A stretch of DNA of 64,000 nt from Minutocellus sp. GHC0000111 (GCA_977018835.1 OZ361259.1:3596001-3660000), one strand, 5' to 3'. Shown: positions 1 through 13,068, numbered from the stretch's first letter. Notes: a model not told the origin generated them from the sequence alone. Numbers and translations: made by a program.

Positions 1-1195
1 ATCAACCGCCTTGCCCCAGAGGGAGTGACAATCTATGCCAAGGCGGAGTTTTTCAATCCCCTCTCGTCCGTCAAGGATCGTTTGGCACTCAGTATCATCG
101 AAACTGCTGAGAAAGAAGGCAAACTCAAGCCAGGCGACACCGTCATCGAGGCCACGTCGGGCAACACAGGTGAGTGAAGACTTTGCGAATCGATTCTGTT
201 ATTGTCACAAAAATTTCTTTGTAAGCTGTAGTTGACTGATGTGATGAAAGGGCGACCTATACAACTGGTTGGACAGCACATCCTCAATACCCCTGCTTAC
301 CATTTGACATCTCACAACTCATGTCCCTTCATTTATTTACACAACTTTTTGCCCATAAGGTATCGCTGTTGCCATGATGTGTGCCCAGCGTGGCTATGAT
401 TGTGTGATCACAATGGCCGAGCCCTTTTCGGTGGAACGTCGCAAGTTGATGCGCATGCTTGGGGCCAAGGTCATTGTAACGCCCAAGGCAGGCAAGGGTA
501 CCGGGATGGTCGAGAAAGCCGCCGAACTGGCTGAAAAGCACGGTTGGTTCCTCTGCCACCAATTCGAAACGGAAGCCAACTGGAAATTCCACGAAGCGAC
601 AACGGGCCCCGAGATCATCAACGACATCAAGGCCGCTGGAAGCAAGCTGGACTATTGGGTTACAGGATATGGCACTGGTGGAACGTACCACGGTGCTGGC
701 AAGTATATCAAGGCCAAAAGTCCTGATACGAAGATTGTCCTTGCTGAACCCGGCGCTGCCGCCCTCATTGACTCTGGGGTCAAGACCGAGCGCAACGCCG
801 ATGGATCTCCCGCGGGGACACATCCGGCATTCTCGGCTCATCCCATTCAGGGTTGGACTCCAGATTTTATTCCTCTCGTCTTGGAGAAGGGGATGGAACT
901 CGACCTCATGGACGACTATGTTTCCATCCCGGACGGAGCAGCCGTAGAAACTTCCCAGGCCCTTGCAAAGAAGGAGGGTATTCTGACTGGCATCTCGGGG
1001 GGAGGCACTATGTGGGCAGCCATTGAAACTGCCAAGAAGGCCCCGAAAGGCAGCGTCATTGTTGCCATGTTGCCTGATACGGGCGAGCGCTACCTTTCGA
1101 CTCCTCTCTTTGCCAGCATCGATGCTGACATGAATGAAGCTGAGTTGGAGATTGCTCGGTCCACTCCCAGCTGGATCCTCGAGCCTGCCGCCTAA
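1..1195 (+). CDS. cysK: Cysteine synthase (O-acetylserine thiol-lyase), 5'-partial; exons 1-169 and 360-1195
   Basis: Frame 1 from base 1 reads [37 protein letters not shown] (PLP-lysine motif SVKDR). GT-AG intron 170-359 joins in frame to ..[21 protein letters not shown]. Confidence 0.95.
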
Positions 1196-1355
1196 GAGGT
1201 GTTGGGCGGAATATCCATGTCACTGCTTGAGGAGAGTCGTCGTCTTAGACTACAAGCTCTATCTAATTTTATCAAAGTAAATCAGACTCGGGCAAAAATT
1301 GCAACAACAGTCTGATCAAGCTAATACTTGTGTAGCCAAACCATGCCGGTAATGC

Positions 1356-4300
1356 GTGGTACCGGATGTGGCGCATTTTCATTACAACATACAGGAAATT
1401 ATCGTCTTTCCGTCACCCGAAACTATCGAATCTGTGGTATTTGCCGCCCGAGCCGTCTATCAGGCCCAATTGCTCACGGTCGACGAGTGTCGTCACATTA
1501 TTGACATGGCTCATGCGGCAGCGGAACGCAATGTGGAGTTCGCTTCGAAAGAAGCGGCAAAACAGGAGTTTCTTCGTGGTGCGGGTATAATATCGAGAGT
1601 AGATGATGAGGCCGATGACTTTATTCAGCAGCACCAGCGCAATAACAACGAAGGGCATGTCGTAGAGGGAAGGACATTGCTCGACGAGCCAAAAGGCTGG
1701 ACAAAGGATAGACACACGAGCTATCCAACGACAGATCTCAATCTGGTCACCGATCCTTTTACAACTAATGACCGAGACTTTCTCAAGAAGATACTGGATG
1801 CGAGGTTGGCACCACTGTTGGAACGAGTTTATGGAATAGCTCCAGGGGCCATTAGGGCTAATGACATGTTTGTCGTCCGACACGACTTCGAGAATGGCCA
1901 AAAATCATTGAGAGGCCACACGGATTCATCACATGTTTCATTTAATATCCTTCTGAACGATGAATTCAGCGGCGGTGGTACTAGGTGAGATCTGTTGTTA
2001 AAAAGGATTGATTTTCGGCAAGTTTGCGGACACTTGCAGCCAGCTTCTGATCGTTTCTCTAGATGTTAAGAGGGCGCTGTCCATAATTTTCCCCGTTTTT
2101 AATCCCCCTTATTCTTATTTCTTATGACGAGCGAAGCATGACAAAAACTCGACCCCACCATGAGAATCGCCGCTCTGCCCCCTCTTCATTACGATGAAGC
2201 GCAGCGCTGATAATAGTGCCGGCCCGGCCCACAACGCAGATACGCGGTTGCGGAAACTCAAGACAGATAACTCCGGTCGCCCGATTTTGCCTGTTGACAA
2301 GAAGAAAGAGAAGGCGGAGGACAAAGCGAAAGACGCCGTTACCGAGATACTGGAGGGCCTCGCCGTCACGTTGGAGAACGACCCGAACGGACAAGGACGA
2401 GAATTATGGAACAATCCCGGCGTCGGCGATGCACTTCAACATCTTGTCGTGCAGAAATTCATGAAGCGACTTGCGCACATGGCCTCATCTTCCGCTGCCT
2501 CCATCAGCTCCAAGTTCATTCCAGCCTGACTTCTAGAGTGCTTTCTGCCGGGGCACACAACTTCTGACCTCTGGCCGATCCAAGTGCAAAAAGAAAAAGG
2601 TTGGTTGCATCTGTCGCATCGCCATTCAAATGCAACGCCGAATCCACGCCGAACTGGCTCGGCCGAGAGATGCAGATTGCCGCACGATCGGTGGAGACTC
2701 TGCACGAAATCACACAGCTGCTTCATCTCAACCACAATTCTTTTGCCGTTGAGCTGCACGCCGGTGATGTTGGGACGATCGGCAGCGTTGGAGGTGGGAG
2801 TAGATGACCGACCGCCCGAAGAATTCTTGTCGGAACAATGTTTCAGCATCGCGTTGAGATGGGGCCCATGCTTTTCATCGTCCTGGAAGCAATTTTCAGG
2901 TGTGGTCGGCAGTGATCACGCGCCATTGCGTTGAGAGCGTGGGCTGGCGTCATCGGCTGTTCTGGAGAAGCGGCAGAAGGGCTTTGCAACGTCAAGGCCT
3001 GACATTTTCTCTGGACGTCGTCGTTGGATGTTGACCTCGTGTCGTGTTGGGACGTGTTGAAGAGATGATCGAACAACAGAGATCTCTAAGCTCGGCGACA
3101 CGCCACCGCGCATCAAGACACGGACAAGCTCATCAACAGTGTAGTAAGTACATCTGACGTCGTCTGGGAATGAGAGCAAGAGTGAGAGGATTGCCTCCTT
3201 GGCGTTAGCACGTGATGTTTCCATGGTTGTTTTTTTGTTTTGTGTCGGCTCTGGCGCAAGATGCGCTTTTCGATGAGAGCCTTGCAAAAAGAACCCCAAA
3301 TGAGGGAGACGTGCAAAAATACCCCAAACAAATATCCCCTTACCTCCCAACAGCAAAACTTCAAGATATCTTCCCACCAGCACCACCAATGCTGGTCATG
3401 CGTCGGCCGAGACTAACTTCGGTCGATCCGACGATGATGTGTGCGTCGACTGTTGCACCTCTGAGGGAGAGTTGATTCATCGAAGTTCCTCTGAACCAAG
3501 TGTTCCTGGAGGGATTTCCGACTTAATGCTGAAAGGAACGTCGATGACTCTTCGCCACTGTGGAGAGCGGCGGCCTTCGATGAGGAGCCCATTGTCACGT
3601 TGGAGTGCTAACTTTGGCGATGGTGCGAAGAAAAAACGGCACAAAACACGCATTTTGGGGGCTTCCTAAAAGTTATGGACAGCGCCCTCTTAAGAAAGAA
3701 CGCTGATTTCTTCATTGTGCTGTCATGGCCGAATTTCTCTTTTTCAACAAAATCCTTCTCTTCCAGATTCCACAATCGTGTCGCAGGAACACATCAGGAC
3801 GCAACGCCAAATCCAGGAGAAGTCATCATCAACAATGCCTTGGTTTTTCAGTGAGTTTTTCTTTGCTCTGCATTTTTATCTATCTCTTATTTTGTGCTTT
3901 TCAATGCTAATGATGAATGAACCCAAACCCTCACTCTTTCAACGATAAAAACAACCAAACCACAAATAATAATGAACAGTGAGGGGCTACCCGTCTCGAG
4001 TGGAACGAGATATATTCTGGTCGGATTCATGAGCGTCGACCGTGTCGATCCGATATCACAGGAAGGCACTGGGCTGGGCATCTTCGCCAGTTATTTCAGC
4101 CTGCCTTGGCTTCAAGTACAACTCAAGGACGCCATTTACAATTCCTACGAGCGGATGAATGACGGCGGTGAGCCAAAGTGGACCGACAATAAATACGTTC
4201 GCAATTTGTTCCGGGATGTCGTCTCGGCTGCCCAGCTTTTTGGGGACTTGTGGGCGCCTTATACACTGACAAAGTTGGTGGATGATGCGAATTCGAGTCG

Positions 4301-4469
4301 ATTCATCGAAGCTTTGGATGATGCCGAGGATAGAAAGAGAGAAAAAGGAGTGAACACTCGACGCGCCAATTGGTTTACTGGCCAAAATCTTCACGTTGAT
4401 CTAGATGGAACCATCACAAAAGAATGGCAAACGAGAAAGAAAGCAGGAGACAAATTTAAGGAGCTGTAA
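1356..4469 (+). CDS. 2-oxoglutarate/Fe(II)-dependent dioxygenase (prolyl/lysyl-hydroxylase-like); exons ~1356-1984, 3767-3850, 3980-4469; start uncertain
   Basis: HxD motif (LRGHTDSSHVSFNILLNDEFSGGGT). Splicing GT1985..AG3766 and GT3851..AG3979 gives GGGTRF..LVFHEGLPVSSGTRYILVGF, supplying the distal His and the 2OG-binding Arg in frame. Confidence 0.85.
2194..2529 (+). pseudogene. 5' remnant of the element's second, convergent gene (possibly KolX-like)
   Basis: ATG-initiated ORF 125 bp inside the left TIR, opposite to the transposase remnant. Identity inferred only from known Kolobok two-gene architecture. Confidence 0.35.
2436..3389 (-). pseudogene. N-terminal remnant of a Kolobok/'Mutator-like' transposase
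   Basis: ORFs 2916-3389 and 2436-2849 are in the same frame, separated by one TGA. Contains ..HRSCG..RRGFGVAFEWRCDRC..GMNLELM..SRFMNFC, resembling the Zn-ribbon region preceding the DDE core of this group. DDE core absent. Confidence 0.55.
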
Positions 4470-4770
4470 TTTAGATACAATAATGCCCCAACTTCTCTAC
4501 CACGAGAAGTGAAGCGATAATTCCAGTCGACGCTTGGTCCATCCATTATGTCAGATTATTTTAATATGTATTGGTAAATATTGTCTCTCGCAGTCTTTCA
4601 GCGAGGTCTAAGTCTTGATTGACGATGTATCGGCCAATGATCCACCGTCCAGACGAAGAAGAACAAAAATGAAAGGCACCACGAACTGGCCCACAACCAG
4701 GCATTTGCATAAGTAAATGAAGGCATAGCTCAACCCGAGCCTCTGCTTTCCATGTTCCGTAATAAAAAAT

Positions 4771-6268
4771 TTAGAGGGACGGACCAGCATATTCCGGAAT
4801 TACAAAGGGAAGAATGCTCTTGGTCATGGGGGCCATAACATCACCGTCGTAGTGAGGAATGACGCCCTTGAGGGCAGGGACGGCTCCCTCCATCTTGGCC
4901 TCGGAGATGAAGCCAAAGATGCCCAGCTGTGCCAATCGTCCGTTGTTGATCTCGGCCCGGAGGCGCTTCTCCTTCTGCTCTTCGGACATATTCTTGTTGC
5001 GGCCAAAGGGGTCGTAAAGATTGAGAGCGCCGCCGGGGATGAACTTGGCATCAAAGGCGGGGAATTCACCGATCTTACCGCCCTTCATGTAGTGCTTGTC
5101 GCAAGCAACCTCGCGCCACTTTGGTTTATTGCGAAATTCAAATCATTATAATAGGAAACAAAGGAACGAAAATAGGTGAGGATATGCTGAAATACAACAC
5201 CAGTAATTTCAAAGTTCAGCCTCATTCACGACGTCTTCAATTGTGCATGACACATAATGCATCGACTCACGAACTCGAGGAAACCAACGAACCAGAAGAT
5301 CTGGAGCTTGGCAATGTCGGGGATGGCATCCCAAGCCTCGGGAGGGGAGAGGCCGGTGGGGAAGGCATCGCCCTCGAGGGCCATGGGCCAGGGCCAGGTG
5401 ATGCCGTTGGCGTGGACGATGTATCCAACGAAGGCAAACATGGCGATGCGGCCGTGCTTGACCTCGGCCTCGCGGAGGAAGCCGATGGTGGCCTCGTTGC
5501 CAGAGCCCCAGAAGTCGGCATCGGCAAGGCCAAGGGGATCGTAGAAGCCGATGGCAGGGTTGAGGTCCTTGGCGAGAGACTGGAGGTCAGCCTATTTATT
5601 TATAGATATAGAGACACAGAGAAAAGGACGATGGCAAATGTGAGAGAATGTATCATCGAATGTAACAAAGGAGAATGAAAGATGTATCACGAGGGTCACG
5701 AAGGGAATATCGAGGAAAATTTTCCGATGAAAAAAGTGATGCCGAGAATGGAAGCCTTTTGCTCCAAACAAATAAGTAATCGAAGCACCCATCCACTGGA
5801 GCTGATAACATCGAACGCTTGCATGGAATGCAAATTGCAATCAAATGGCGGTTCTTGTTCATTTCCCGTCATGAGCCCACATTCCCCCGGAATGAACCAC
5901 TTCTTCGTCCCAGCTGCAGCTCAAAGTAGCCAGGAAGAACAGTTATCGCCTCATCTTTCGCGCAGGGAAAAAGTAGCACATGATATGCCAAAAACCGCTG
6001 TGGCCCTAGGCCATGCATGGTCAATCTTTCTCAACAAATCTTCAGGAATGACTGCGCAATCAAGTTTCCAGCGGCAGCAGATCCCTCTCAATCATCATTG
6101 CTTGGCTCGTTCAAAATCCTACTCGAAAAGTTTGCTTCAAGTTCCGCAGTAGGACAACGATCGCACCTTGGTCTCGTGGAGCTGAGTGGTGGCCGATCGG
6201 CCGGACTGGGCCGCGGGAGCAAAGGCGGCAGCCGAGGTGGCAAGGAGGGCGGCAATGGCAAGCTTCAT
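4771..6268 (-). CDS. Fucoxanthin-chlorophyll a/c light-harvesting protein (possibly Lhcq-type); exons 6268-6167, 5591-5271, 5118-4771
   Basis: MKLAIAALLATSAAAFAP presequence; FYDPLGL, REAEVKHGRIAM and AEINNGRLAQLG LHC motifs; both GT-AG introns restore the frame. Confidence 0.93.
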
Positions 6269-7134
6269 CTTTTACGTGTACAGCGCAGTATTTATTATGA
6301 CAGAGGGGGAGGAGTAATCGATACAATCGGGACGGCGTCAAGCAAAGGTCGCGTGGCTTTGTTGAATATGTTTTTGTTGACAAATGTGAATATGAAAAAT
6401 AACGACCAAAATTAATTATCTATTTACCAGCAACTTGAAGCGGATGGATCGGCAGACCACAACAACGGGACCAGACAGGGATGATGCAAGTCAAGTGCGA
6501 AGTGCTCGAAGAAACCGGACCACTATTCATTCTCCTGAAGGTGAGCACGGAGAGGGATGGGTTGGATTTCATGGATGAGCAATTGAATGTATTGCATTCG
6601 ACGGCAACCGTGCAGGGATATATCTGGGAAAGTATCTTTGCACGGCAAGGAGCCACGGTTCTCGCTGGTCGGCAGAAGTACATCCTTCCAGTTGACCGAC
6701 GGACGATCTTCAACGTTCGTCGTCATCCAAGGGGTGGTGTGAGGGCAAGCCATTGCTGAGTGGAAATACCAAACACAGCTAAAGTGCTAAGAGACTTGGG
6801 GTGGACGGTTCGACGTGCATAGTGTTGCATGTGTGTGGCCTGCAAAGTGTCCAATCATCTGTCGGAATGAGGAATGTCGTGGCAAACCTTTTCGAGATTT
6901 GGCGAAGCCACCCTGAGAAGTTCAACGTGTTGGCAGGCGGGCGGAACAAGGACAAGGCTGGAATGGAAACATATATGCTCTGGCGCAGGATGGATACTCG
7001 CTTGCACGCGGTCCGATTCTTTACGACCATATTCCTAAGGTGTCATATCTTTTTTCACACTTCTCACATACCACATCTTGTGCTTCTTTTTTCACCCAAA
7101 ACACTTCCAGTCAAAAACACTTTTTATTTCCACC

Positions 7135-7722
7135 ATGTTCAAGCTCGCTGCCTTTGCCTCCCTCCTCGCCGGCGCTTCCGCCTTCGCCCCCGCCCAGTCC
7201 CGCCGTGCCGCCACTTCTCTCGCCGTCAACGAGCTTGAGATCGGTGCCACCGCCCCCCTCGGCGTCTACGACCCCCTCGGCTGGCTCGACACCGAGCCCG
7301 AGGCCTTCGAGCGCCGTCGTGCCGTCGAGCGCAAGCACGGCCGCGTCGCCATGGCCGCCGTCCTCGGCTCCATCGTCCACCACAACGACATCGAGTTCGA
7401 CGGATACCTCAGCCCCTCCCAGAACCTCAAGTTCTCCGACATCCCCAACGGCGTCGACGGCATCCGCGCCGTCCCCACCGCCGGCCTCCTCCAGATCCTC
7501 TTCTTCTTCGCCCTCGTCGAGCTCGCCTGGATGCCCGCCTCCAAGTACGACGGTGACTACGGCGTCGGATGGTTCGGCGATGCCATCGAGGACCCCGAGG
7601 AGAAGGCCCGCAAGCTCAACGCCGAGATCAACAACGGCCGTGCCGCCATGATGGGCATCCTCGGCATCATGGTCCACGACGTCATGGACGGCAAGCCCTT
7701 CATCTTCATCGACATGAACTAA
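7135..7722 (+). CDS. Fucoxanthin-chlorophyll a/c light-harvesting protein (Lhcf-like), intronless
   Basis: MFKLAAFASLLAGASAFAP presequence; YDPLG, ERKHGRVAM and EINNGRAAMMG motifs; strongly C-ending codons typical of a highly expressed gene. Confidence 0.95.
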   Translation: MFKLAAFASLLAGASAFAPAQSRRAATSLAVNELEIGATAPLGVYDPLGWLDTEPEAFERRRAVERKHGRVAMAAVLGSIVHHNDIEFDGYLSPSQNLKFSDIPNGVDGIRAVPTAGLLQILFFFALVELAWMPASKYDGDYGVGWFGDAIEDPEEKARKLNAEINNGRAAMMGILGIMVHDVMDGKPFIFIDMN

Positions 7723-8346
7723 GTTGTTGTTTGATACTGCGTAGTGCATGTTCGTATAGGATTCCATTATTTACGATACTGCATCGTACATGATATGGAG
7801 TAAAACTCATCGTTTTGGGTAATGGAGGCGTCCGATCCGAAATTGATTATCTTTTCCACGCACTAATTTCTTTGGGAAGTCTTTTGTTCGTTTCCATCAA
7901 TTCTTCGCTCGCTGAAGAAGCAAGCGAAGGATCTGGATGTGTGGGAGCATTGGACTTGCATTATATTGTATGTCAGCGACTCGTTGCTCATCTCATAGGT
8001 TTGCATATAGCGTCAAGGCATTGGCTAGAATGGAGAGAATTGAATGGAAATCGGAAGAATTGCCGGCAGAGAGAATTCTACATGTACATGTACGGTAATT
8101 CTTTTCTGTTATTTTAAATTTCATCTCTCTTTCAATACTGGCACACTTCTTAGCTACTTATTAGTAACGGTAATCAATTACAATCTTAAAATAGGTGAAG
8201 CAGCAGAGTCATCATCAGTTGCAAACGAGCCGAATGGTACCGTTACCGTTACCACCACCAACCAACCAAACCTCAGCGGCGGCGTCATGCCGTGTGCGTT
8301 GTCATCAATCAAAAGTTCCGGAAGGCGTACGTACGTATGTACGTAC

Positions 8347-8407
8347 GTACGTACATAGAGCAACAAGGAAGAGAAGACCCGGAAGTGTCTGTCCATCATC
8401 CACAGAT
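8347..8407 (+). repeat. 61-bp direct repeat, copy 1 (copy 2 at 12723-12783); possible LTR fragment
   Basis: GTACGTACATAGAGCAACAAGGAAGAGAAGACCCGGAAGTGTCTGTCCATCATCCACAGAT is identical at both sites; copy 2 lies just upstream of a Copia gag. Confidence 0.85.
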
Positions 8408-8945
8408 CAGCCTCGAAGACTCGAAGTCGAAGAACAGCAAAGATACCTCTAGGTACGCCAGAGAACGTGTTTGTGTAGCTGGCGAGAGGTAAGTCTGGAG
8501 CCTGAACTGAGTTAGGGCTGCGCTGATCTCTGCCGAGAGGAAGCAAGAGAGAGTGATGGGCGGTGCGTTTATGCATTCCTTGTCCCTATCCTGTTCTCTT
8601 CCGCGATTTTTGCAACTCTGAAAAGAGCCATCTGGGAAAGAACGATGATGCGATATTGTTTATTGAATTATGACTTGCTGCATCTGGGCTTGGTCTTCGG
8701 CACCGCCATCTGCATCTTCAGCATCCTCGTCATCTTCAAGTGCGGCTGAGAGACATGGCATCTCAGCCGCACATGTGCGATGCCATAACATGGCACTCTG
8801 TTGCCACTTTTTCGGGCACAGGCGTTAACACCAATTGCATCTAACACTGCAACACGTTTGTCTCGCTTGTTTCCCCGTCATTCCGCATTTCTATTCCTTC
8901 ATCACACAGCCAAAATAATATATCAACACCGCAACGTTACGAAGC

Positions 8946-9166
8946 ATGAAGAGCCACGCGTTTCTATTTTGCCTTGGCGCAATCATCGCCTCTGTTGATG
9001 CATTCGCAAGGCCTGTACGAGTATTTCATTGATCGGAAGCCGTAGCGTTGGCAGCGTAAGAAGCACCTCGTCGGTTGTTCATTCGCCAAGCACATCAACA
9101 ACAACGCAGTTGAATGCTGGGGCCAAGGGAGGCATCGAATTGGCGGGATTGCTGTACGACTCTACT
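8946..9166 (+). pseudogene. Truncated, frameshifted paralogue of exon 1 of the gene at 15124
   Basis: Shares ..DAFARP..SLIGSRS..HSP..TTQLNA..KGGIELAGLLYDST with 15124-15395; small insertion after 'gcaaggcct'; similarity ends abruptly at ~9166. Confidence 0.75.
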
Positions 9167-9167
9167 A

Positions 9168-12100
9168 GGTGAGACTCTTCTGTTTAGAATGGGATGATGC
9201 TCCTGGTTTCAGATGGTTTATTCAGAATGCTTTGCTTTCCCTCACAATAGGAGGGTCAGTAGGGTATCGCATAAAAGAGTGTCTAAAGTTAGCAGATCAT
9301 CGCGAGCCAGGATTTCGGCGATGCACACACTTGATATACCCACGGAAAATCACGAGGCTACCTCTCAGTCAGTTTTATGGACGCATTGCGTGATCTCATC
9401 AATTCTTGTGCTTCTTTTCTGGGCGCTTCTCTCAAAATCTGGCGATCCACATCGTGCCCTAACAATCGATTTTCTCTCTTTCTTATCTCTTGCTCTGAGT
9501 ACAGTCTATCCAATATTGCGAGCAAAAACTCAGCAGGATCGCATTGGCGGCCGAGAATGAAATTGCCATTTCCTAGGAGAGGTAATATGTCGGCCAAAGG
9601 CTGGCAGTCAGCGGGACCAGTAGGTGCTTGTAGGTATCGGGAGATCGTCGAGGACAGCGCGTTGGTGATAGGCTGGTCGCTGCGCTGGTCCTTTCCAGCC
9701 TTCAATACGTAAGCAGCCAGTTCGGGTGCTGCTGCGACGGCGCTGAGCACTGCATTCATGAAGCATACTTGCTGAAGATTGCCCTGAAAATTTACAAGGC
9801 CCTGAGGAATCCGACTGAGGTACTCGTAGATGATAGAGATATCGTTGTTCTCTGCATGGGCTTGGCGCTTGGGTGAAGAAACAAGCTCGCTTGCATCAGA
9901 TTCACCTGCAATACCTCCGCTGTCCTCGCTTAGCTTCCGCTTTGGACCTTCCGGCACCGGTGATACAGCAGCCGGCCGTTGTGTTGACATGGATGGATGG
10001 CTTGATACCAGGTCGAGCTGAGACGGTGCAATTGACTCGGACATTGCGGCTGCCGACGGATCACCAGCATCCATCTCACCAACCTTCGTCGCTGGACCAT
10101 TAGCATCTGGAGTAACAGCGGCCGGTCTTGGTGCTGAATGCTCATCTGGTTGAGAGTCAAGGGCCGGTACCCGTCGGGGAGTAAACGAATCAGATGAAGG
10201 GGCCGTGGTTGATTCGGCCCATGTGGCAATTGAAGTACAGATGGGAGACATCGGAATACACGTGCCCCCAAGGATCGGGGGCGACAGTGCAGCCAATGGG
10301 GCAGCCAATGGGGTAGGGGATATTGAAAATGGAAGGGCGGAAGATAGTGGGCTTCGATTCACATCTTCATCGTCGTCCTCCTCATCAGATTCATCGGCAA
10401 AATCTTGGAACCGGCGGCGCCGCCGTCCTATAATCTTGCCAGTAATGACGGCCGCTACTCCCAGAGCTACGGTCCCGGCGGCTCCGACAAGATTGGCAAA
10501 TGGAAAGAGCGACCCCGAGGAGGAGCGATGCTCGATACTGCATCGGCCAATACTTGCACCACCTGGCATATCCCGGAGTTCAATACTAATGGTTCTCGAA
10601 GAGCCGTCAGCAGAAGCAGGCACGGCTGCACCATGAACCGCTGATTCGCCCGCGCTGAACGACTTGCTGGTACCGATATCTGGATTGGTGTCACCAGTAC
10701 TGGCAGGGGCAGGATCATCTGCATTGCGATCCGACACCTCGGTGGTACTGATGCTGGAACCGCCGTTACCGGTAGGAGTAGACCCATCTGGATTACATGT
10801 GCATACGTGATCCGATGATTCAACATTCGTTCTGTTTCCACCAGCACTGGCAGAGGTAGGCTCATCTGTACCATCATCAGAAGATTGGCCGTCACCGATG
10901 CTCGTTGTGATGTCCCCTCTTCCGGTATCTTGCCCACTCGTTGTGGCATCGTCATTACCGATAGGAGCAGGGCCATCTGCACCATGATCCGGCGACTTGG
11001 CATTACTCGATGACATGAAATCACGAAGAGGAAGCCTCGATGCCTCCCACTCAAAATATTTGTCAGCACTGAGGCAGGCAGGGGTGGGTCTGGACTTGCA
11101 ATCTGCAAGGTCAAAATATTGCAGACGATGCTTGACTTGGCGATATTCGACCTGGTTGTAGTGGTGGGATAAATGCAAGCAGGATTGGCATTCATAGGGA
11201 TGAGATTATTGTAGATGTAAAGAATCGATAGACACAAGTGCTCGATCAACGTCATAATAAAATACATGCAACTGTGGACTCACCGGACCTGACTGAATAT
11301 TATCACCAGAAGATTCAACCACCGCGGTAGCACTTGGCGTTGGGACATTTACCGGAGCAAATTGCGCATCGGTCCCGGATGCACTTCTGCTCATCTTCCG
11401 TCGGCCGACACCCCGGTTCCTGTCCTCCGTGGCCTCAACGAAGATGGAACTAATAGCCGCCGCAAAAGGATTGTTGAAAGGCGGAGGTGTCCAACCGGCA
11501 TCTTCTACCGTATTGACGATGTGGTCTCTGCATTCACAACATAGCTCACTCCTTTCCAGGGCCGAGCCAGAGCAGCCACAACCTGAGTCAATCTGCCTCC
11601 TCCTAAGCGACTTGAGGATGTGGTGGGTGCCGGAAATTGCCTTGACACGCTTGACCAACCGGCGGGAGTAGTTCTTGGCCATTTCCTCCGCAATGCGCGG
11701 CAGTCTGCGGCCCTTTCGATGCATGAAGAATGCAATTGCCTCGGCGCCCGGGGGTAGCTCCGTACCATTCCGTATGGCGGAGAGAAACTTCTCCTCCTTG
11801 ATGAATTGTTCCATCTCCATCTTGCACAAAAGGTTCTCGACCTCCGCCTCCGCCGAAATGGAACCATTCGTCTTGCACGCGCGCTTATGATCGCTCATGG
11901 TTGGTTTGCGCTGCAGGTGTTGGAAGAGAGAGACGTATTAGTTGATGGCACAAATGGGTGAGATATTTAGCTCTGGCGACCGTCCACCACCAATAAAAGG
12001 CACAAGATATGCATGACATACGATTGTATCTTCTCCTCACCTTCTCGAGCAACTCGCGCAGCCCCTGGCTTGACGAGAGACTGGCGGACTTCAGCAGAGA

Positions 12101-12328
12101 GACCGACACGCCCGACGCGGCGGTATGCGCCGTGTCGGTATTATTATTGGGATGCACGTCCCATTTCGGACCGTTACTTCCGAGAGGTCGACGAAGTTTT
12201 GCATGTACATTCGCATTGGTATTTGCGCTTGCGCCGCCGGAGTATTTGGTGGTACCGCCGCCACCGGTCCGTCGATGGAGGCCGACGCCGACGCCCGTGC
12301 CGGATGGACCGGGGTCGGGATTGCTCAT
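9168..12328 (-). pseudogene. Multi-exon gene ending in a truncated ubiquitin-specific protease (peptidase C19-like) domain
   Basis: Cys-box GLVNFQGNLQQVCFMNAVL and GRQCDPAEFLLAILDRL in ORF 9358-11178. In-frame intron 12040-11911 joins the two upstream ORFs; a second donor lies at 11283. No His-box seen; stops and frameshifts near 9360. Confidence 0.6.
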
Positions 12329-12722
12329 TTCTCAATGGATTTGCCAGATATCAAAGGGATAGCTCCAGCAATTTGAAATAACCTTAGGCGGGCCCGCCAG
12401 CGTGCTGGCGCGCCCCGAAGGGAGCGAGCCTGCCAAGCTCTCGGCCAGGCAGGAACAGCTGGCGCATTCCTCCGCATCCGATGTCTCGGAGAGTGCCACC
12501 AAAGGCAGGCTATGACGGACGACGGAAAGACACGCTAGGCGGGAGAATAACCACTTCACAACAACTAGTGATTTGTAATTTCAAGATTGGAAAATTTGTG
12601 TAATTTTCTCTGTAACTTCACCGTAATTTTCTGTAATTTACGTAATTTGGTGAAACTTTGGTCACTCTCTGGCTAAAAAAATCTCACACAGGGGATCGGG
12701 TTACTTCGTAGTACGTGTACAT

Positions 12723-12783
12723 GTACGTACATAGAGCAACAAGGAAGAGAAGACCCGGAAGTGTCTGTCCATCATCCACAGAT
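12723..12783 (+). repeat. 61-bp direct repeat, copy 2
   Basis: Identical to 8347-8407. Confidence 0.85.
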
Positions 12784-13068
12784 GATACATCTTTTCCACC
12801 CGTGCTCGCCCCATTTCGGTTCGCGCCTCTCACCGGTTTGTCTTGGGTTCTCACTCGTCACGCAAGAAAAACCGACACATCTTCAATCGGCCAAAACGAC
12901 CGTTTCTTTCGACAATATTGGAACGACGATCCAATCCCTTCCCCGAAAGTCCTGACCAGATCGACCCATCCAATCGATCACACTTCTCTGGATCGAACCT
13001 TCTGTCGATCACACGTCTCGCAGCAACACCGCCGTGTGCTGCCTGTCTTCGCTGACTGAAACACCAGC

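Larger units (their letters stand above)
2070..3689. mobile_element. Internally deleted Kolobok-like DNA transposon in intron 1 of the 2OG oxygenase
   Basis: 17-bp perfect TIRs GAGGGCGCTGTCCATAA (2070-2086) and TTATGGACAGCGCCCTC (3673-3689). TTAA on both flanks (2066-2069, 3690-3693). RR..YY termini. Two convergent ORF remnants inside. Confidence 0.85.

Noticed and set aside
7040..7767. Long overlapping and antisense ORFs over the FCP gene (likewise over PSMA1, CWF19L1, NAGPA, FAD1)
   Set aside because: Shadow ORFs caused by GC3-rich codon bias.
8741..8771. 11-bp hairpin TGCGGCTGAGA..TCTCAGCCGCA as a Helitron end or terminator
   Set aside because: No following CTRR or U-tract and no second copy; unsupported.
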